64,000 nucleotides of DNA from Oscillospiraceae bacterium. GTDB taxonomy: Bacteria; Bacillota; Clostridia; Oscillospirales; Oscillospiraceae. The DNA is taken from contig JAGAMC010000025.1 of NCBI GenBank assembly GCA_017624915.1, positions 14,917-78,916 on the forward strand. Reading direction: 5' to 3'. Below are positions 18,463-28,308 of the stretch, piece after piece. The notes beneath the pieces are model-generated. The model ran no database searches, was not told the DNA's origin, and saw only the letters and a list, made by a program, of their open reading frames with translations. Made by a program: the position numbers and the translations under genes. How positions within the stretch are numbered: position 1 is the first letter of the stretch; each line of letters opens with the position of its first letter.

Positions 18463-18873
18463 ATGAGCGGAGGATTTGAGGATAAACTCAATGCCATCCT
18501 GAACGATCAGCAGGCCATGGGGCAGATCATGGCACTGGCCCAGTCACTGTCTGCGCCGGAACAGCAGGAGCAGCCGCAGGCGCAGGAGGACTATGTCCCT
18601 GTGTCTCAGGATCAGGTGCCGGTGCAGCTGCCCGACGTGGCCGGCCTGCTGGGCGGCATGGACCCGAAGATCATGCAGATGGGGATGCGGCTGCTTCAGG
18701 AGTATAACCGGGGGGATGACCGCAGCGCAGCCCTGCTGCAGGCGCTGCGCCCCTTTGTAAAGAAGGAGCGGTTTGCCAAAGTGGACCGGGCGGTTCAAAT
18801 TGCGCGGCTGTCCCGGGTGGTTCGTGTCCTGTTTGATGCTATGAAGGAGCATGGGGGTGGCGGGGATGTATAA
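18463..18873 (+). CDS. Hypothetical protein, possibly sporulation-associated
   Basis: GGGAGGG RBS; D.R..LL.AL.PF...ER..K.D.A pattern. Confidence 0.65.
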   Translation: MSGGFEDKLNAILNDQQAMGQIMALAQSLSAPEQQEQPQAQEDYVPVSQDQVPVQLPDVAGLLGGMDPKIMQMGMRLLQEYNRGDDRSAALLQALRPFVKKERFAKVDRAVQIARLSRVVRVLFDAMKEHGGGGDV

Positions 18874-19249
18874 CCGTTATATCCCGAATGGAAACACATA
18901 TACCAGAGTAACGGCGGATGACAGCACTTCTCAGAAAAATTCCGGACATCGTCCGCAGCAGGAAACACGGAACAGCTCCAGAGGGCAGAGCGGTCATGGG
19001 ATCGGCTGGGACCTGTTCCGAAACTTTGCCGGACCGCTGCGCTTTTTTGGCGGGGAGGAAAAGAATGCCGGCATTGCCGGCATTCTGAAAGGATTTGATC
19101 TGGAGGACATCGACAGCGGCGATATTTTGCTGCTGTTGATCATCCTGCTTTTGTTTCTTGAGGGGGACAACACGGAGCTTGTCATCACACTTGGGCTGAT
19201 GCTTCTTCTGGGGCTGGGGGATACAAAAAAAGAGGATCAAACGGAGTGA
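18866..19249 (+). CDS. Hypothetical protein with hydrophobic C-terminal motif (DSGDILLLLIILLLFLE)
   Basis: MYNRY start; overlaps the previous stop region. Confidence 0.65.
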   Translation: MYNRYIPNGNTYTRVTADDSTSQKNSGHRPQQETRNSSRGQSGHGIGWDLFRNFAGPLRFFGGEEKNAGIAGILKGFDLEDIDSGDILLLLIILLLFLEGDNTELVITLGLMLLLGLGDTKKEDQTE

Positions 19250-19992
19250 AGCACGGTACCGTCGGGCAGAGAAAAGCTCACGTTGGAGGGGCAGGGGGTC
19301 TGGAAAGAGCCGGAGGCATCCATGGAGTAGACGATCTGGTCATCCTTCAGGGTCTGGGCAGCCACCAGCAGGCCGCTTTCCACGCTGACCCAATAACGCT
19401 CCAGATAGGCAAGCTCCTCCGTTTTTGACTCTACATAAATGCAGGGATGGCCGGCGTAGGCCACATATCCCGCGTCGCAGATGCTTTTTGGATCCAGATC
19501 CAGTACATCCTCGTAGGAGGGCATATACTGGGCCAGATCTTCCGACATGCTGTCTGCAGGGGCGGTGAGATAGGTGGAACTGCTTCCGTACCAGTAGTAC
19601 ATAGTATCTCCGTCACTCAGGCAGTAGCGGATGTGGCCGGAGGGCAGCGTGCAGCGGGAATAGGTAAAACCGTCGTCCACCCATGTATATACGGTGGTGG
19701 TGCCGGAGCCGCCGGGCCAGTACGTGCGCACGGAAAACTGGCGGTGATAGCTGGCGGCCCGGTCCAGAGAGGCGATAACGGCCTGAACACTATCGGTCGT
19801 CACCTCTACCAGCTGGATGGAATCACCGGAAGAAGAGGAGGTGCTCCCCGGTCCATCGTCCGGCTGCAGGGAGGGCAGTACCACAGGGGGTGTCCGAGTA
19901 GAAAACAGGCTGTAGGCAAAACTGCCGAAGACTGCGGCCACCACGATACAGGCAATGATCACGGCGATCCGGGTGCGGGACTTCTGATCCAA
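19237..19992 (-). CDS. Membrane-anchored hypothetical protein
   Basis: N-terminal TM helix followed by a soluble beta-rich region; GGTGAG RBS. Confidence 0.65.
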   Translation of the reverse strand: MDQKSRTRIAVIIACIVVAAVFGSFAYSLFSTRTPPVVLPSLQPDDGPGSTSSSSGDSIQLVEVTTDSVQAVIASLDRAASYHRQFSVRTYWPGGSGTTTVYTWVDDGFTYSRCTLPSGHIRYCLSDGDTMYYWYGSSSTYLTAPADSMSEDLAQYMPSYEDVLDLDPKSICDAGYVAYAGHPCIYVESKTEELAYLERYWVSVESGLLVAAQTLKDDQIVYSMDASGSFQTPCPSNVSFSLPDGTVLHSV

Positions 19993-20026
19993 GGATGCTC
20001 ACCACCTTTCATGGGATAGGAGGGGG

Positions 20027-21175
20027 TTAGGGATTGAACTGGTCAGGGGGCACGTCGGACAGGCCAAAGTGCCAGAGAATGGCGTCCACGGTCCGGCGGC
20101 AGGCCTGACCGTCGCCGTAGGGGTTGACGGCGTGAGCCATCTTGTTGTAGGCGGCAGAGTCGGAGAGCAGCCGGCTTGCCATGCGGAAGATATTTTCCTC
20201 CTCCACGCCGGCCAGCATGACCGTGCCGGCAGCCACAGCTTCGGGACGCTCGGTCTCCTTGCGCAGGACAAGCACCGGCTTGCCAAGGGCAGGGGCCTCC
20301 TCCTGCAGGCCGCCGGAGTCCGTCATGACCAGATAGCAGCGGGCCATCAGGTTGTGCATCTCGTCAACAGAAAGGGGCTGGATCAGGTGGATGCGCTCGT
20401 GTCCGTCCAGATAGGTGTGGGCGGCCTGCTGCACCACAGGGGACAGGTGCACGGGGTAGACAAGCTCCACATCGGGGAACGCATCGGCCACCCGGCGCAG
20501 GGCAGTCATGATGTTGGTCATGGGCTGGCCATAATTTTCCCGGCGGTGGCAGGTGACCAGGATGATCTTGCGGTTGACATAATCAAGCTCATTTAAAATT
20601 CCGGTAGTAAAGTGAAAATCCTTGCGCACTGTTGTCTGCAGAGCGTCAATGACGGTGTTGCCCGTGAGGAACACACCGTTGACGATGTTTTCCCGGGCCA
20701 GATTGGCGCGGTTGGCCACGGTGGGGCAGAAGTGCAGGTCGGCGATAGAGCTTACCATTTTCCGGTTCATTTCCTCGGGGAAAGGCGACCACTTGTCGTA
20801 GGTGCGCAGGCCGGCCTCCACATGGCCTACGGGGATCTGGTGATAGAAAGCGGCCAAAGCGCCGGCGAAGGTGGTGGAGGTGTCTCCGTGGACAAGGATC
20901 AGGTCGGGCTTGACCTGATCCAGCACCTCGTCCATGCCCAGCAGGGTCTTGGAGGTAATGGTGGACAGGGTCTGGCGGGGCTGCATGATGTCCAGATCAT
21001 AGTCGGGCTTGCGGCCGAAAATATCCAGCACGGAGTCCAGCATCTGGCGGTGCTGGGCAGTGACGCAGCACAGACTGTTGATCTGAGGGCGGCTGTCCAG
21101 TTCCTGGACCAGCGGACACATTTTGATCGCTTCGGGACGGGTGCCGAAGATGGTCATCACAGTGATAGGTTTCAT
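20027..21175 (-). CDS. wecB: UDP-N-acetylglucosamine 2-epimerase (non-hydrolysing)
   Basis: FGTRPEAIK, TAQHR, HGDTST, HVEAGLR, PFPEEMNR, TDSGGLQEE. Confidence 0.95.
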   Translation of the reverse strand: MKPITVMTIFGTRPEAIKMCPLVQELDSRPQINSLCCVTAQHRQMLDSVLDIFGRKPDYDLDIMQPRQTLSTITSKTLLGMDEVLDQVKPDLILVHGDTSTTFAGALAAFYHQIPVGHVEAGLRTYDKWSPFPEEMNRKMVSSIADLHFCPTVANRANLARENIVNGVFLTGNTVIDALQTTVRKDFHFTTGILNELDYVNRKIILVTCHRRENYGQPMTNIMTALRRVADAFPDVELVYPVHLSPVVQQAAHTYLDGHERIHLIQPLSVDEMHNLMARCYLVMTDSGGLQEEAPALGKPVLVLRKETERPEAVAAGTVMLAGVEEENIFRMASRLLSDSAAYNKMAHAVNPYGDGQACRRTVDAILWHFGLSDVPPDQFNP

Positions 21176-22272
21176 TTGTCAGATCTGTCCTCCTCGCCGA
21201 AGAATGGATCGTTTCCATTGGTGTTGGGAGCGTTTTTGTGGTGCAGGAACATCCGCCAGCCCAGCGCTCCGGCCACACACATGGCCAGCAGGAGCATCAT
21301 GGCGCGGATCTCACCGCTGGTGGTCAGTACCACGGCCGACAGGCCCAGAATGGCACTGATCACGTACAGCACGGCCACCGCCTGCTTCTGAGAAAAGCCC
21401 ATGTCGATGAGCTTGTGGTGCACGTGGCTGCGGTCGGGGGTCATGGGGGACTGACCGTGAGACACCCGGCGCAGGATGGCCGAGCAGGTGTCAAAGATGG
21501 GCAGGCCCAGCATCAGGAAGGGCACGGCAAAAGAAATGATATTGTAGAGTTTAAACAGACCGTTGATGGAGGTCACTGCCATGATAAAGCCCAGGAAGGT
21601 AGACCCGGTATCGCCCATAAAGATCTTGGCCGGGTTCATGTTGTAGGGCAGAAAACCGATGCACGCGCCGGACAGGGCGGCCATGAGGATGGCCACGCTG
21701 GGGTCGGCCACACACAGGGCGATGACCAGCATGGTCAGGGAGCTGATGGTGGAAATGCCGCAGGCCAGTCCGTCCAGACCGTCGATCAGATTGACCGCGT
21801 TGGTAATGGCTACGATCCAGATTACGGAAATGGGGACGGACAGGGGGCCAAGGACCCAGATGGGATCCTCGCTGAAAATATTGGGGTTGGACAGAATGGT
21901 GATCTCGTTGCCCATGTATACGGCGATGAGAGCAGCCAGGATCTGCACGGCGAACTTCAGCTTGGCACCGAGGGCGTAAATATCGTCGAAAATGCCCAGC
22001 ACAACGATGATCACCGCACCAAGCAGCATGCCCCGCAGCTGCTGGGTCAGAGGCAGGAAGATCAGCACGCTGAGGATAAAACCCAAAAAAATGGCCAGAC
22101 CGCCCATGCGGGGGATGGGATGCTTGTGCATACGGCGGTTGTCCTTGGGTACGTCCACCGCGCCCACCTTGAAGGCAAGATTTTTTACCACCGGAGTGGA
22201 AATATAGGCGATCAGAAGTGCCACAGCCAGCGCGGCGGCTACCAGCCTGATCACTTGCAGTTCAACACGCAT
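21172..22272 (-). CDS. Glycosyltransferase family 4 (TagO/WecA-like undecaprenyl-P GlcNAc-1-P transferase)
   Basis: HKHPIPRMGG, GIFDD, NAVNLIDGLDGL, IFMGDTGS, DRSHVHHKL. Confidence 0.9.
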   Translation of the reverse strand: MRVELQVIRLVAAALAVALLIAYISTPVVKNLAFKVGAVDVPKDNRRMHKHPIPRMGGLAIFLGFILSVLIFLPLTQQLRGMLLGAVIIVVLGIFDDIYALGAKLKFAVQILAALIAVYMGNEITILSNPNIFSEDPIWVLGPLSVPISVIWIVAITNAVNLIDGLDGLACGISTISSLTMLVIALCVADPSVAILMAALSGACIGFLPYNMNPAKIFMGDTGSTFLGFIMAVTSINGLFKLYNIISFAVPFLMLGLPIFDTCSAILRRVSHGQSPMTPDRSHVHHKLIDMGFSQKQAVAVLYVISAILGLSAVVLTTSGEIRAMMLLLAMCVAGALGWRMFLHHKNAPNTNGNDPFFGEEDRSDK

Positions 22273-22298
22273 AGCGATGTCTCCTTTGTACGGTACGG

Positions 22299-23297
22299 TC
22301 AGCGGGCCACGAAACCAAGCTTTTTGTACACCTTGCGCAGGGTCTTATTGGCCACGTAGGAGGCTTTCTCCGCGCCGGCTTTGTACACACTTTCCAGATA
22401 GGCCTTGTCAGCCAGGATCCGGGTGGCCTCCTCCCGGATGGGACGCAGACACTCCACCACGGCATCGCCCACCGCGGGCTTGAACTTGCCGTAGCCGCAG
22501 CCGGCGAATTCCGCTTCGATCTGCTCGTAAGTGCTGCCGGTGATGGCGGAGTAGATGGACATGAGGTTGGCAACGCCGGGCTTGGCGGCGGGGTCGTAGC
22601 GCACGCAGTTTTCCGTGTCGCTGTCGGTAATGGCCCGCTTGAACTTGCGCTGGATATCCTCGGGCTTTTCCATGAGGAAAATGCAGCCCTCGGGCAGGGA
22701 CTTGCTCATCTTGCTGTCGGGGGCGTTCAGGCTCATCACCCGGGCGCCGGCCTTGGGAATATAAGGCTCCGGGATCTTGAACACGTCGCCGTAGACGCTG
22801 TTGAAGCGCTGGGCCACGTCACGGGTCAGCTCGCAGTGCTGCTTCTGATCCTCGCCCACGGGTACAAAGTCGGGCTGGTAGAGCAGGATATCCGCAGCCA
22901 TCAGACTGGGGTAGGCGAACAGGCCGCCGTTGATGTTTTCCTTGTGCTTGGCGGACTTGTCCTTGAACTGGGTCATGCGGGACAGCTCGCCGAACATGGT
23001 GTAGCACTGCAGTACCCAGCCAAGCTCCGCGTGCTGATGCACATGGGACTGGATAAACAGGGTGTTTTTCTCCGGGTCGAGGCCGCAGGCGATATACAGG
23101 GCCAGCTGCTCCAGCGTGCGCCGGCGCAGGTCGGCGGGATTCTGGCGCACGGTGATGGTGTGCATATCGGCCATGAAGTAGTAATTATCAAACTCATCCG
23201 TGCGGGCGACCCAATTTTTGATGGCACCCAGATAGTTGCCCAGATGCAGATCACCGCTGGGCTGAATGCCGGAGAGCATTACTTTTTTTTCGTCCAT
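22299..23297 (-). CDS. trpS: Tryptophan--tRNA ligase
   Basis: SGIQPSG.LHLGNY, YPSLMAADIL, VGEDQKQH, KMSKS. Confidence 0.97.
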   Translation of the reverse strand: MDEKKVMLSGIQPSGDLHLGNYLGAIKNWVARTDEFDNYYFMADMHTITVRQNPADLRRRTLEQLALYIACGLDPEKNTLFIQSHVHQHAELGWVLQCYTMFGELSRMTQFKDKSAKHKENINGGLFAYPSLMAADILLYQPDFVPVGEDQKQHCELTRDVAQRFNSVYGDVFKIPEPYIPKAGARVMSLNAPDSKMSKSLPEGCIFLMEKPEDIQRKFKRAITDSDTENCVRYDPAAKPGVANLMSIYSAITGSTYEQIEAEFAGCGYGKFKPAVGDAVVECLRPIREEATRILADKAYLESVYKAGAEKASYVANKTLRKVYKKLGFVAR

Positions 23298-23458
23298 TTT
23301 AAAGGCTCCTTTATTTATGTGCACACATAGACAGGCACACATATAATATCAAGATATTCTATCACGCAATTGCCGATATGGCAATAAATTTGTAAAATTT
23401 GTGCCCCTGTGGAAAGGCAAAATGTGCTATAATAGCAGCAAAGCAGGGAGGTGGGACT

Positions 23459-23719
23459 GTGGCCTGGTACTTATATATGCTGCGGTGCGGGGACGGCAGT
23501 CTCTACACCGGCATTACGGACGACGTACAGCGCCGTCTGGAAGCCCACCGGGCGGGAAAGGGCGCCAAGTACACCCGGGGCAGAGGGCCGCTGGAACTGG
23601 CTTATACAGAGGAGCAGCCGGACAAGGCTGCGGCGCTGCGAAGAGAATACGAGATCAAGCAGATGCCCCGTCAAAAAAAGCTGGAATTATGCGCAAAAGC
23701 GGAAAGGATGGCACTATGA
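23459..23719 (+). CDS. GIY-YIG nuclease family protein (UPF0213/YazA-like)
   Basis: YLYMLRC.DGSLYTGIT, R...H..GKGAKYTR, A..RE..IK. Confidence 0.9.
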   Translation: MAWYLYMLRCGDGSLYTGITDDVQRRLEAHRAGKGAKYTRGRGPLELAYTEEQPDKAAALRREYEIKQMPRQKKLELCAKAERMAL

Positions 23720-24777
23720 AGGTATCACAGATCGAGACCCCCGCATTGATCGTGGAACGAAGTGCGTTTGAAAACAATATGGCGGCCATGAACCGCCTGT
23801 TGGAGCAAACTACCATGGCATTCCGCCCTCACTACAAGTCCCATAAAAGCATCGACGTGGTCAAGCGGCAGCTGGCGGCGGGGGCCAAGGGCATTACCTG
23901 CGCCAAGCTCAGCGAGGCGGAGGATCTGGCTCAGGCCGGTGTAGGGGATATTCTCATTGCCAATCAGGTCGTACAGCAGGAAAAGCTGGGCCGGGTGGCC
24001 GTTCTGGCCAACAAGACCCGGCTGACCATCTGTGTGGATGATGCCCGGCAGGTCGCAGCGCTGGAACGGGCCGTGGCAGCCCAGGGCGGAACACTTTACG
24101 TTCTTGTGGAATACGAGATTGGCATGGCCCGCTGCGGCGTGGAGACCCACGAGGAGGTCATCCATCTTGCCAAGTTGATCAGAGAACAGCCCCATCTGAG
24201 CTTCGAAGGCATACAGGCCTACGCCGGTCACCTGTCTCACGAGGTTGATCTGGAGGTGCGCAAAAGCGCATCCGCAGCCATTGAAGCGGACCTGACCCGG
24301 CTGAAGAAAAAGCTGGAGGAGGCGGGACTGCCCCCAAAGGAGATCTCCGGCGGAAGCACCGGATCGGTGGAGCTGAAGCCCCGGGACAGTGTCTATACGG
24401 AGATGCAGTGCGGAAGCTATCTGTTCATGGACGGATCCTATGCTCAGTTGGATTTAAGGTTTGAAAATTCCCTCTTCCTGCTGACTACGGTGATCAGCAC
24501 CAAGCCTGACCGCGTTGTGACCGATGGCGGAATGAAATCCCTCGGTATGGATCAGGGCGCCCCGATTTTTGTGGGGTATGAGGGACTGCCTGTTAAAATG
24601 AGTGAGGAGCACGGACAGGTAACAGCGCCCGGTCACAAGGCCGAAATGGGGGATAAGCTGCGCTATATCCCCGGACATTGCTGCACCACCATCAACATGC
24701 ACGACAAGCTCTATCTGGTGGATGGGGAAGAGGTCGTGGATATCTGGCCGGTCACCAGCCGGGGGAAATCACAATAA
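23716..24777 (+). CDS. DSD1/D-threonine aldolase family PLP-dependent enzyme (fold III)
   Basis: ETPAL, RPHYKSHK, TCAKL.EAE, QAYAGH, SGGSTG, EEHG, HCCTT.N.HD. Confidence 0.85.
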   Translation: MKVSQIETPALIVERSAFENNMAAMNRLLEQTTMAFRPHYKSHKSIDVVKRQLAAGAKGITCAKLSEAEDLAQAGVGDILIANQVVQQEKLGRVAVLANKTRLTICVDDARQVAALERAVAAQGGTLYVLVEYEIGMARCGVETHEEVIHLAKLIREQPHLSFEGIQAYAGHLSHEVDLEVRKSASAAIEADLTRLKKKLEEAGLPPKEISGGSTGSVELKPRDSVYTEMQCGSYLFMDGSYAQLDLRFENSLFLLTTVISTKPDRVVTDGGMKSLGMDQGAPIFVGYEGLPVKMSEEHGQVTAPGHKAEMGDKLRYIPGHCCTTINMHDKLYLVDGEEVVDIWPVTSRGKSQ

Positions 24778-24781
24778 CAAC

Positions 24782-24816
24782 AAACGAGCCTGTCACCACG
24801 GTGACAGGCTCGCTTT
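24782..24816. terminator. Bidirectional intrinsic terminator
   Basis: aaacgagcctgtcacc / ggtgacaggctcgcttt. Confidence 0.7.
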
Positions 24817-24825
24817 ATCATACGG

Positions 24826-26607
24826 TCAGGAGAGCGTCATGGGCAGCCCGGTGCCGGACATGACTGGCTGAGCGGGCAGGAGGTCATAGGATTCCTGCAG
24901 AGGGGAGACGGGAGGTTCCTCCGGAATCACCGGCTTGGGGGTGCTGATAGAAAGGGAATAACCGTCCAGAATGGCGCTGCTTTCGCCCTCGGCGGGAACT
25001 TCGTGGTCGATGGTAACCGTATCGCCCACATTCACCGTCACCACATCCCGGTTCTGAGCGGCAGAGATGGAGTAGAACACATCAGCCCCCTCCAGCCGCA
25101 GGAAGTAGTAGGAGTTGCCCTCCAGCACGGCGGTGCGGATCTCGGCCACAGTGCCGGTGACCGTGGTCTGGGGCAGTTCGTCCTTTTGGGTGATGCCCTT
25201 TTCGGCCAGCATCTGGATATAGCTGCGCTCACAGGCGGAAACGGTGGTTCCGGTGGCCACGATCTGGTACTGAGCCACGTTGACCATGGCGTACATCTTT
25301 ACCAGCTGGGTGGCGTCCTTGAGGGGGATGAAGTAGGTGGGCTCACCGGCCACGTTGAGCAGCAGGGGGAAGGTGGCCACATAGCCCAGATCCTGCACCA
25401 CACCCATGGCGGACAGCTTGGCAGCCTCCTCCGTTGCGCCGGGGGCGTCGTAGAAATGAGTTTCCTTGGTGCGCATGTTGCACAGCAGGAAGCCCAGATT
25501 GGACTGGTCGGCGTTGGCGGAGGTAACGCCGGTGTAGACGTATACGTCGTCATTCATGGCGATGTAGTTGTAGCCGGAGGTGGTCACCGTTACACCCCGC
25601 TGACCGAAGATGGAGTTTAAAAAGCCGTTGATATAGGTGCCGTGGTAATCATACTGCTGCATAATGAGCTCGGGGACGTAGAGGGTGTCCACCCAGGTGG
25701 GCACTTCCTCCATATACTGGCTCTCGCCGGTGACTGCGTCCACCAGTACCGCGCCCTTGATGTCCGTGCCGCCGAACAGGCCGATGGTCTTGACCACACG
25801 GGGGGCGATCCACCAGGGATGACCGTTCTCGTCGATCTCAAACTCAGGTGTGGAGAACATCATGGTGGGATACTGGAAACGCAGGTGGCGCATGATATTC
25901 CGGTTCAGCGGCTCGGAGAAGGAGTACTTCATGCCCTCGGGCAGGCGGACTACGCTGGCCTCCTGACTGACCATGTCCACGATCACGTAGGCGGGCAGGC
26001 CTTCCCCCCGGTTGGTGAGCCACTTGATCAGGTCGGCGTAGTCAATGGGAGCAACGCGCACGGGCCGGCCCTGATAGTTGATCTGGGTGGAGTCGTTGGA
26101 GTACTCAAACTGGCTGACCATGTCGCTGAGCGTGCCCATCTGGCGGTCGCCCAGATACTGGGCGGACTGGCGATCCAAAGTGGGGATCTTGTCAAAGGAG
26201 ATCTGAGTCACGTCGGCGGCGAAGTCGCCGGTATTCACTGTCAGCAGGTCCCGGTAGGCCGCCGCCCGGAAGATGGGCATGGACAGCACCTGACCCACCA
26301 GAGCCACCAATACCACCAGCACAAAGGCGATGCCGACGGGCAGGCAGCGGCTTTTGATAAAGCGTAGCCAGTCCAGCAGCTTTTCCTTGCCCGTCATCTG
26401 CACCTGGGAGTGCAGCCCGCCGGACAGCAGAAAGATGCACACCAGATAGACCACGCACAAAAGGCCCAGAAAGCTGTAAAACTGCTCATCCTGAAAATTG
26501 AGGGCGGGCAGGGTGAAATAAAAGCTGATAAAGCCCACCACAGCGGTAATAGCCAGACTGAGCAGGGTGCGGCTCAGCCGGCTTTTGGGAAGTCGGAATA
26601 TTTTCAT
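24826..26607 (-). CDS. Conserved hypothetical membrane-anchored protein (593 aa)
   Basis: Three N-terminal TM helices then a large extracytoplasmic domain; GGAGG RBS; host-like codon use. Confidence 0.75.
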   Translation of the reverse strand: MKIFRLPKSRLSRTLLSLAITAVVGFISFYFTLPALNFQDEQFYSFLGLLCVVYLVCIFLLSGGLHSQVQMTGKEKLLDWLRFIKSRCLPVGIAFVLVVLVALVGQVLSMPIFRAAAYRDLLTVNTGDFAADVTQISFDKIPTLDRQSAQYLGDRQMGTLSDMVSQFEYSNDSTQINYQGRPVRVAPIDYADLIKWLTNRGEGLPAYVIVDMVSQEASVVRLPEGMKYSFSEPLNRNIMRHLRFQYPTMMFSTPEFEIDENGHPWWIAPRVVKTIGLFGGTDIKGAVLVDAVTGESQYMEEVPTWVDTLYVPELIMQQYDYHGTYINGFLNSIFGQRGVTVTTSGYNYIAMNDDVYVYTGVTSANADQSNLGFLLCNMRTKETHFYDAPGATEEAAKLSAMGVVQDLGYVATFPLLLNVAGEPTYFIPLKDATQLVKMYAMVNVAQYQIVATGTTVSACERSYIQMLAEKGITQKDELPQTTVTGTVAEIRTAVLEGNSYYFLRLEGADVFYSISAAQNRDVVTVNVGDTVTIDHEVPAEGESSAILDGYSLSISTPKPVIPEEPPVSPLQESYDLLPAQPVMSGTGLPMTLS

Positions 26608-26695
26608 GTAAACGCCTCCTTCGCGTCGGTTGTGATACTATCATAACCAATAAATGTGAACAAATCAACTGCCGCGGGAAGAAGTTGGAATAGAC

Positions 26696-26724
26696 TTGTC
26701 AAGAACGGAAAAAATCGGTATAAT
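26696..26724 (+). promoter_or_regulatory. Sigma-A type promoter of gltX
   Basis: TTGTCA-N17-TATAAT. Confidence 0.7.
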
Positions 26725-26772
26725 AGCAGACGGTAAATAATGGCGGTTTACGCCGCGATGGAGGTCATATAT

Positions 26773-28260
26773 ATGGCACTTGATATGAAGTTCTTTGAGG
26801 AGATGGAGGCACGCATTCCCAAGGGAAAGGTGCGCACCCGCTTTGCCCCCAGCCCCACGGGCTATATGCATGTGGGCAACCTGCGTACCGCCCTGTATAC
26901 ATGGCTCATCGCCCGCAACGCAGGCGGCACCTTTATCCTGCGCATTGAGGATACCGACCAGGGCCGTCTGGTGGAGGGCGCCACCGAGGTCATCTACCGC
27001 ACCATGGCCGAGTGCGGCCTGACCCATGACGAGGGACCCGATGTGGGCGGTCCCGTTGGCCCCTATATCCAGACTGAGCGCCGCCCCCTGTACAAGCAGT
27101 ACGCCGAACTGCTGGTGGAAAAGGGCGCAGCCTATTACTGCTTCTGTGAAAAGACCGAATCGGAGGAGGACTCCGGCGACTTCAACCGGGGCGACGACCC
27201 CTGCCGCGACATGAGCGCGGAAGAGGTGGCCGCCAATCTGGCCGCCGGCAAGCCCTACGTCATCCGCCAGCGCATCCCCCACGAGGGTGCTACCACCTTC
27301 CATGACATCTCCTTTGGTGACATTACCGTGGAGAATAAGGAGCTGGACGATCAGGTGCTGATCAAGCGGGACGGCCTGCCCACCTATAACTTCGCCAACG
27401 TGGTGGACGACCACCTCATGGGCATCACCCACGTGGTCCGCGGCAGTGAGTATCTGTCCTCCGCACCCAAGTACAACCTGCTGTACGAGGGCTTCGGCTG
27501 GGACATCCCCACCTATGTCCACTGTTCGCCCGTCATGCGCGACGCCCAGAACAAGATGTCCAAGCGCCACGGCGACCCCTCCTACGAGGATCTGAAGGCG
27601 CTGGGCTATATCACTCCCGCCATCCTGAACTATGTGGCTTTGCTGGGCTGGTCGCCCAGAGGGGAGCTGGCCGAGCAGGAGATCTTCTCGCTGGACGAGC
27701 TTGCCAAGGCTTTTGATATTGCCGGAATCTCCAAGTCTCCCGCCATTTTCGACATTGAAAAGCTCACCCACTTCAACGCCACCTATCTGCGCTCCATGGA
27801 GCCCGCCGCCTTTGCCCGGCTGGCCGAGCCCTATATCCGTCAGGCGGTGAAGGACGAGCGGTTCGACGCCGCCCAGATCGCAGGCCTGCTGCAGGCCCGG
27901 TGCGAAAAGCTCACCGAGATCCCCGAAAAGGTGGACTTCTTTGATGCCCTGCCCGAGTACGAAAAGGACCTGTTTACCAACAAGAAGTCCAAGACCAACG
28001 ACGAGGTGTCCCTTGCCATGCTGGAGGCCACCCTGCCCGTGCTGGAGGGACTGGACAAGTGGGAGCAGGAGCCCATCCACGATGCCCTCATCGCTCTGGC
28101 CGAGAAGCTGGAAGTCAAGAACGCCACCCTCATGTGGCCCCTGCGCATCGCCATTGCCGGTAAGGCTGTTACCCCCGGCGGCGCGGTGGAGCTGTGCCAC
28201 ATCCTCGGTAAGGACGAGGTCATCCGCCGCATGAAGATCGGTATGGAGAAGCTGAAGTAA
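26773..28260 (+). CDS. gltX: Glutamate--tRNA ligase
   Basis: VRTRFAPSPTG.MHVGN, LRIEDTD, HVVRG.E, KMSKR. Confidence 0.97.
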   Translation: MALDMKFFEEMEARIPKGKVRTRFAPSPTGYMHVGNLRTALYTWLIARNAGGTFILRIEDTDQGRLVEGATEVIYRTMAECGLTHDEGPDVGGPVGPYIQTERRPLYKQYAELLVEKGAAYYCFCEKTESEEDSGDFNRGDDPCRDMSAEEVAANLAAGKPYVIRQRIPHEGATTFHDISFGDITVENKELDDQVLIKRDGLPTYNFANVVDDHLMGITHVVRGSEYLSSAPKYNLLYEGFGWDIPTYVHCSPVMRDAQNKMSKRHGDPSYEDLKALGYITPAILNYVALLGWSPRGELAEQEIFSLDELAKAFDIAGISKSPAIFDIEKLTHFNATYLRSMEPAAFARLAEPYIRQAVKDERFDAAQIAGLLQARCEKLTEIPEKVDFFDALPEYEKDLFTNKKSKTNDEVSLAMLEATLPVLEGLDKWEQEPIHDALIALAEKLEVKNATLMWPLRIAIAGKAVTPGGAVELCHILGKDEVIRRMKIGMEKLK

Positions 28261-28270
28261 ACAGGAAATG

Positions 28271-28304
28271 AACCTCCCCCGCTCATACGAGCGGGGGAGG
28301 TTTT
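28271..28304 (+). terminator. Intrinsic terminator of gltX
   Basis: aacctcccccgctc-atac-gagcgggggaggtttt. Confidence 0.8.
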
Positions 28305-28308
28305 ATGT

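Noticed and set aside
23298-23400. T-box upstream of trpS
   Set aside because: No GGTGG-ACC-CG T-box motif or terminator in the short AT-rich intergenic region.
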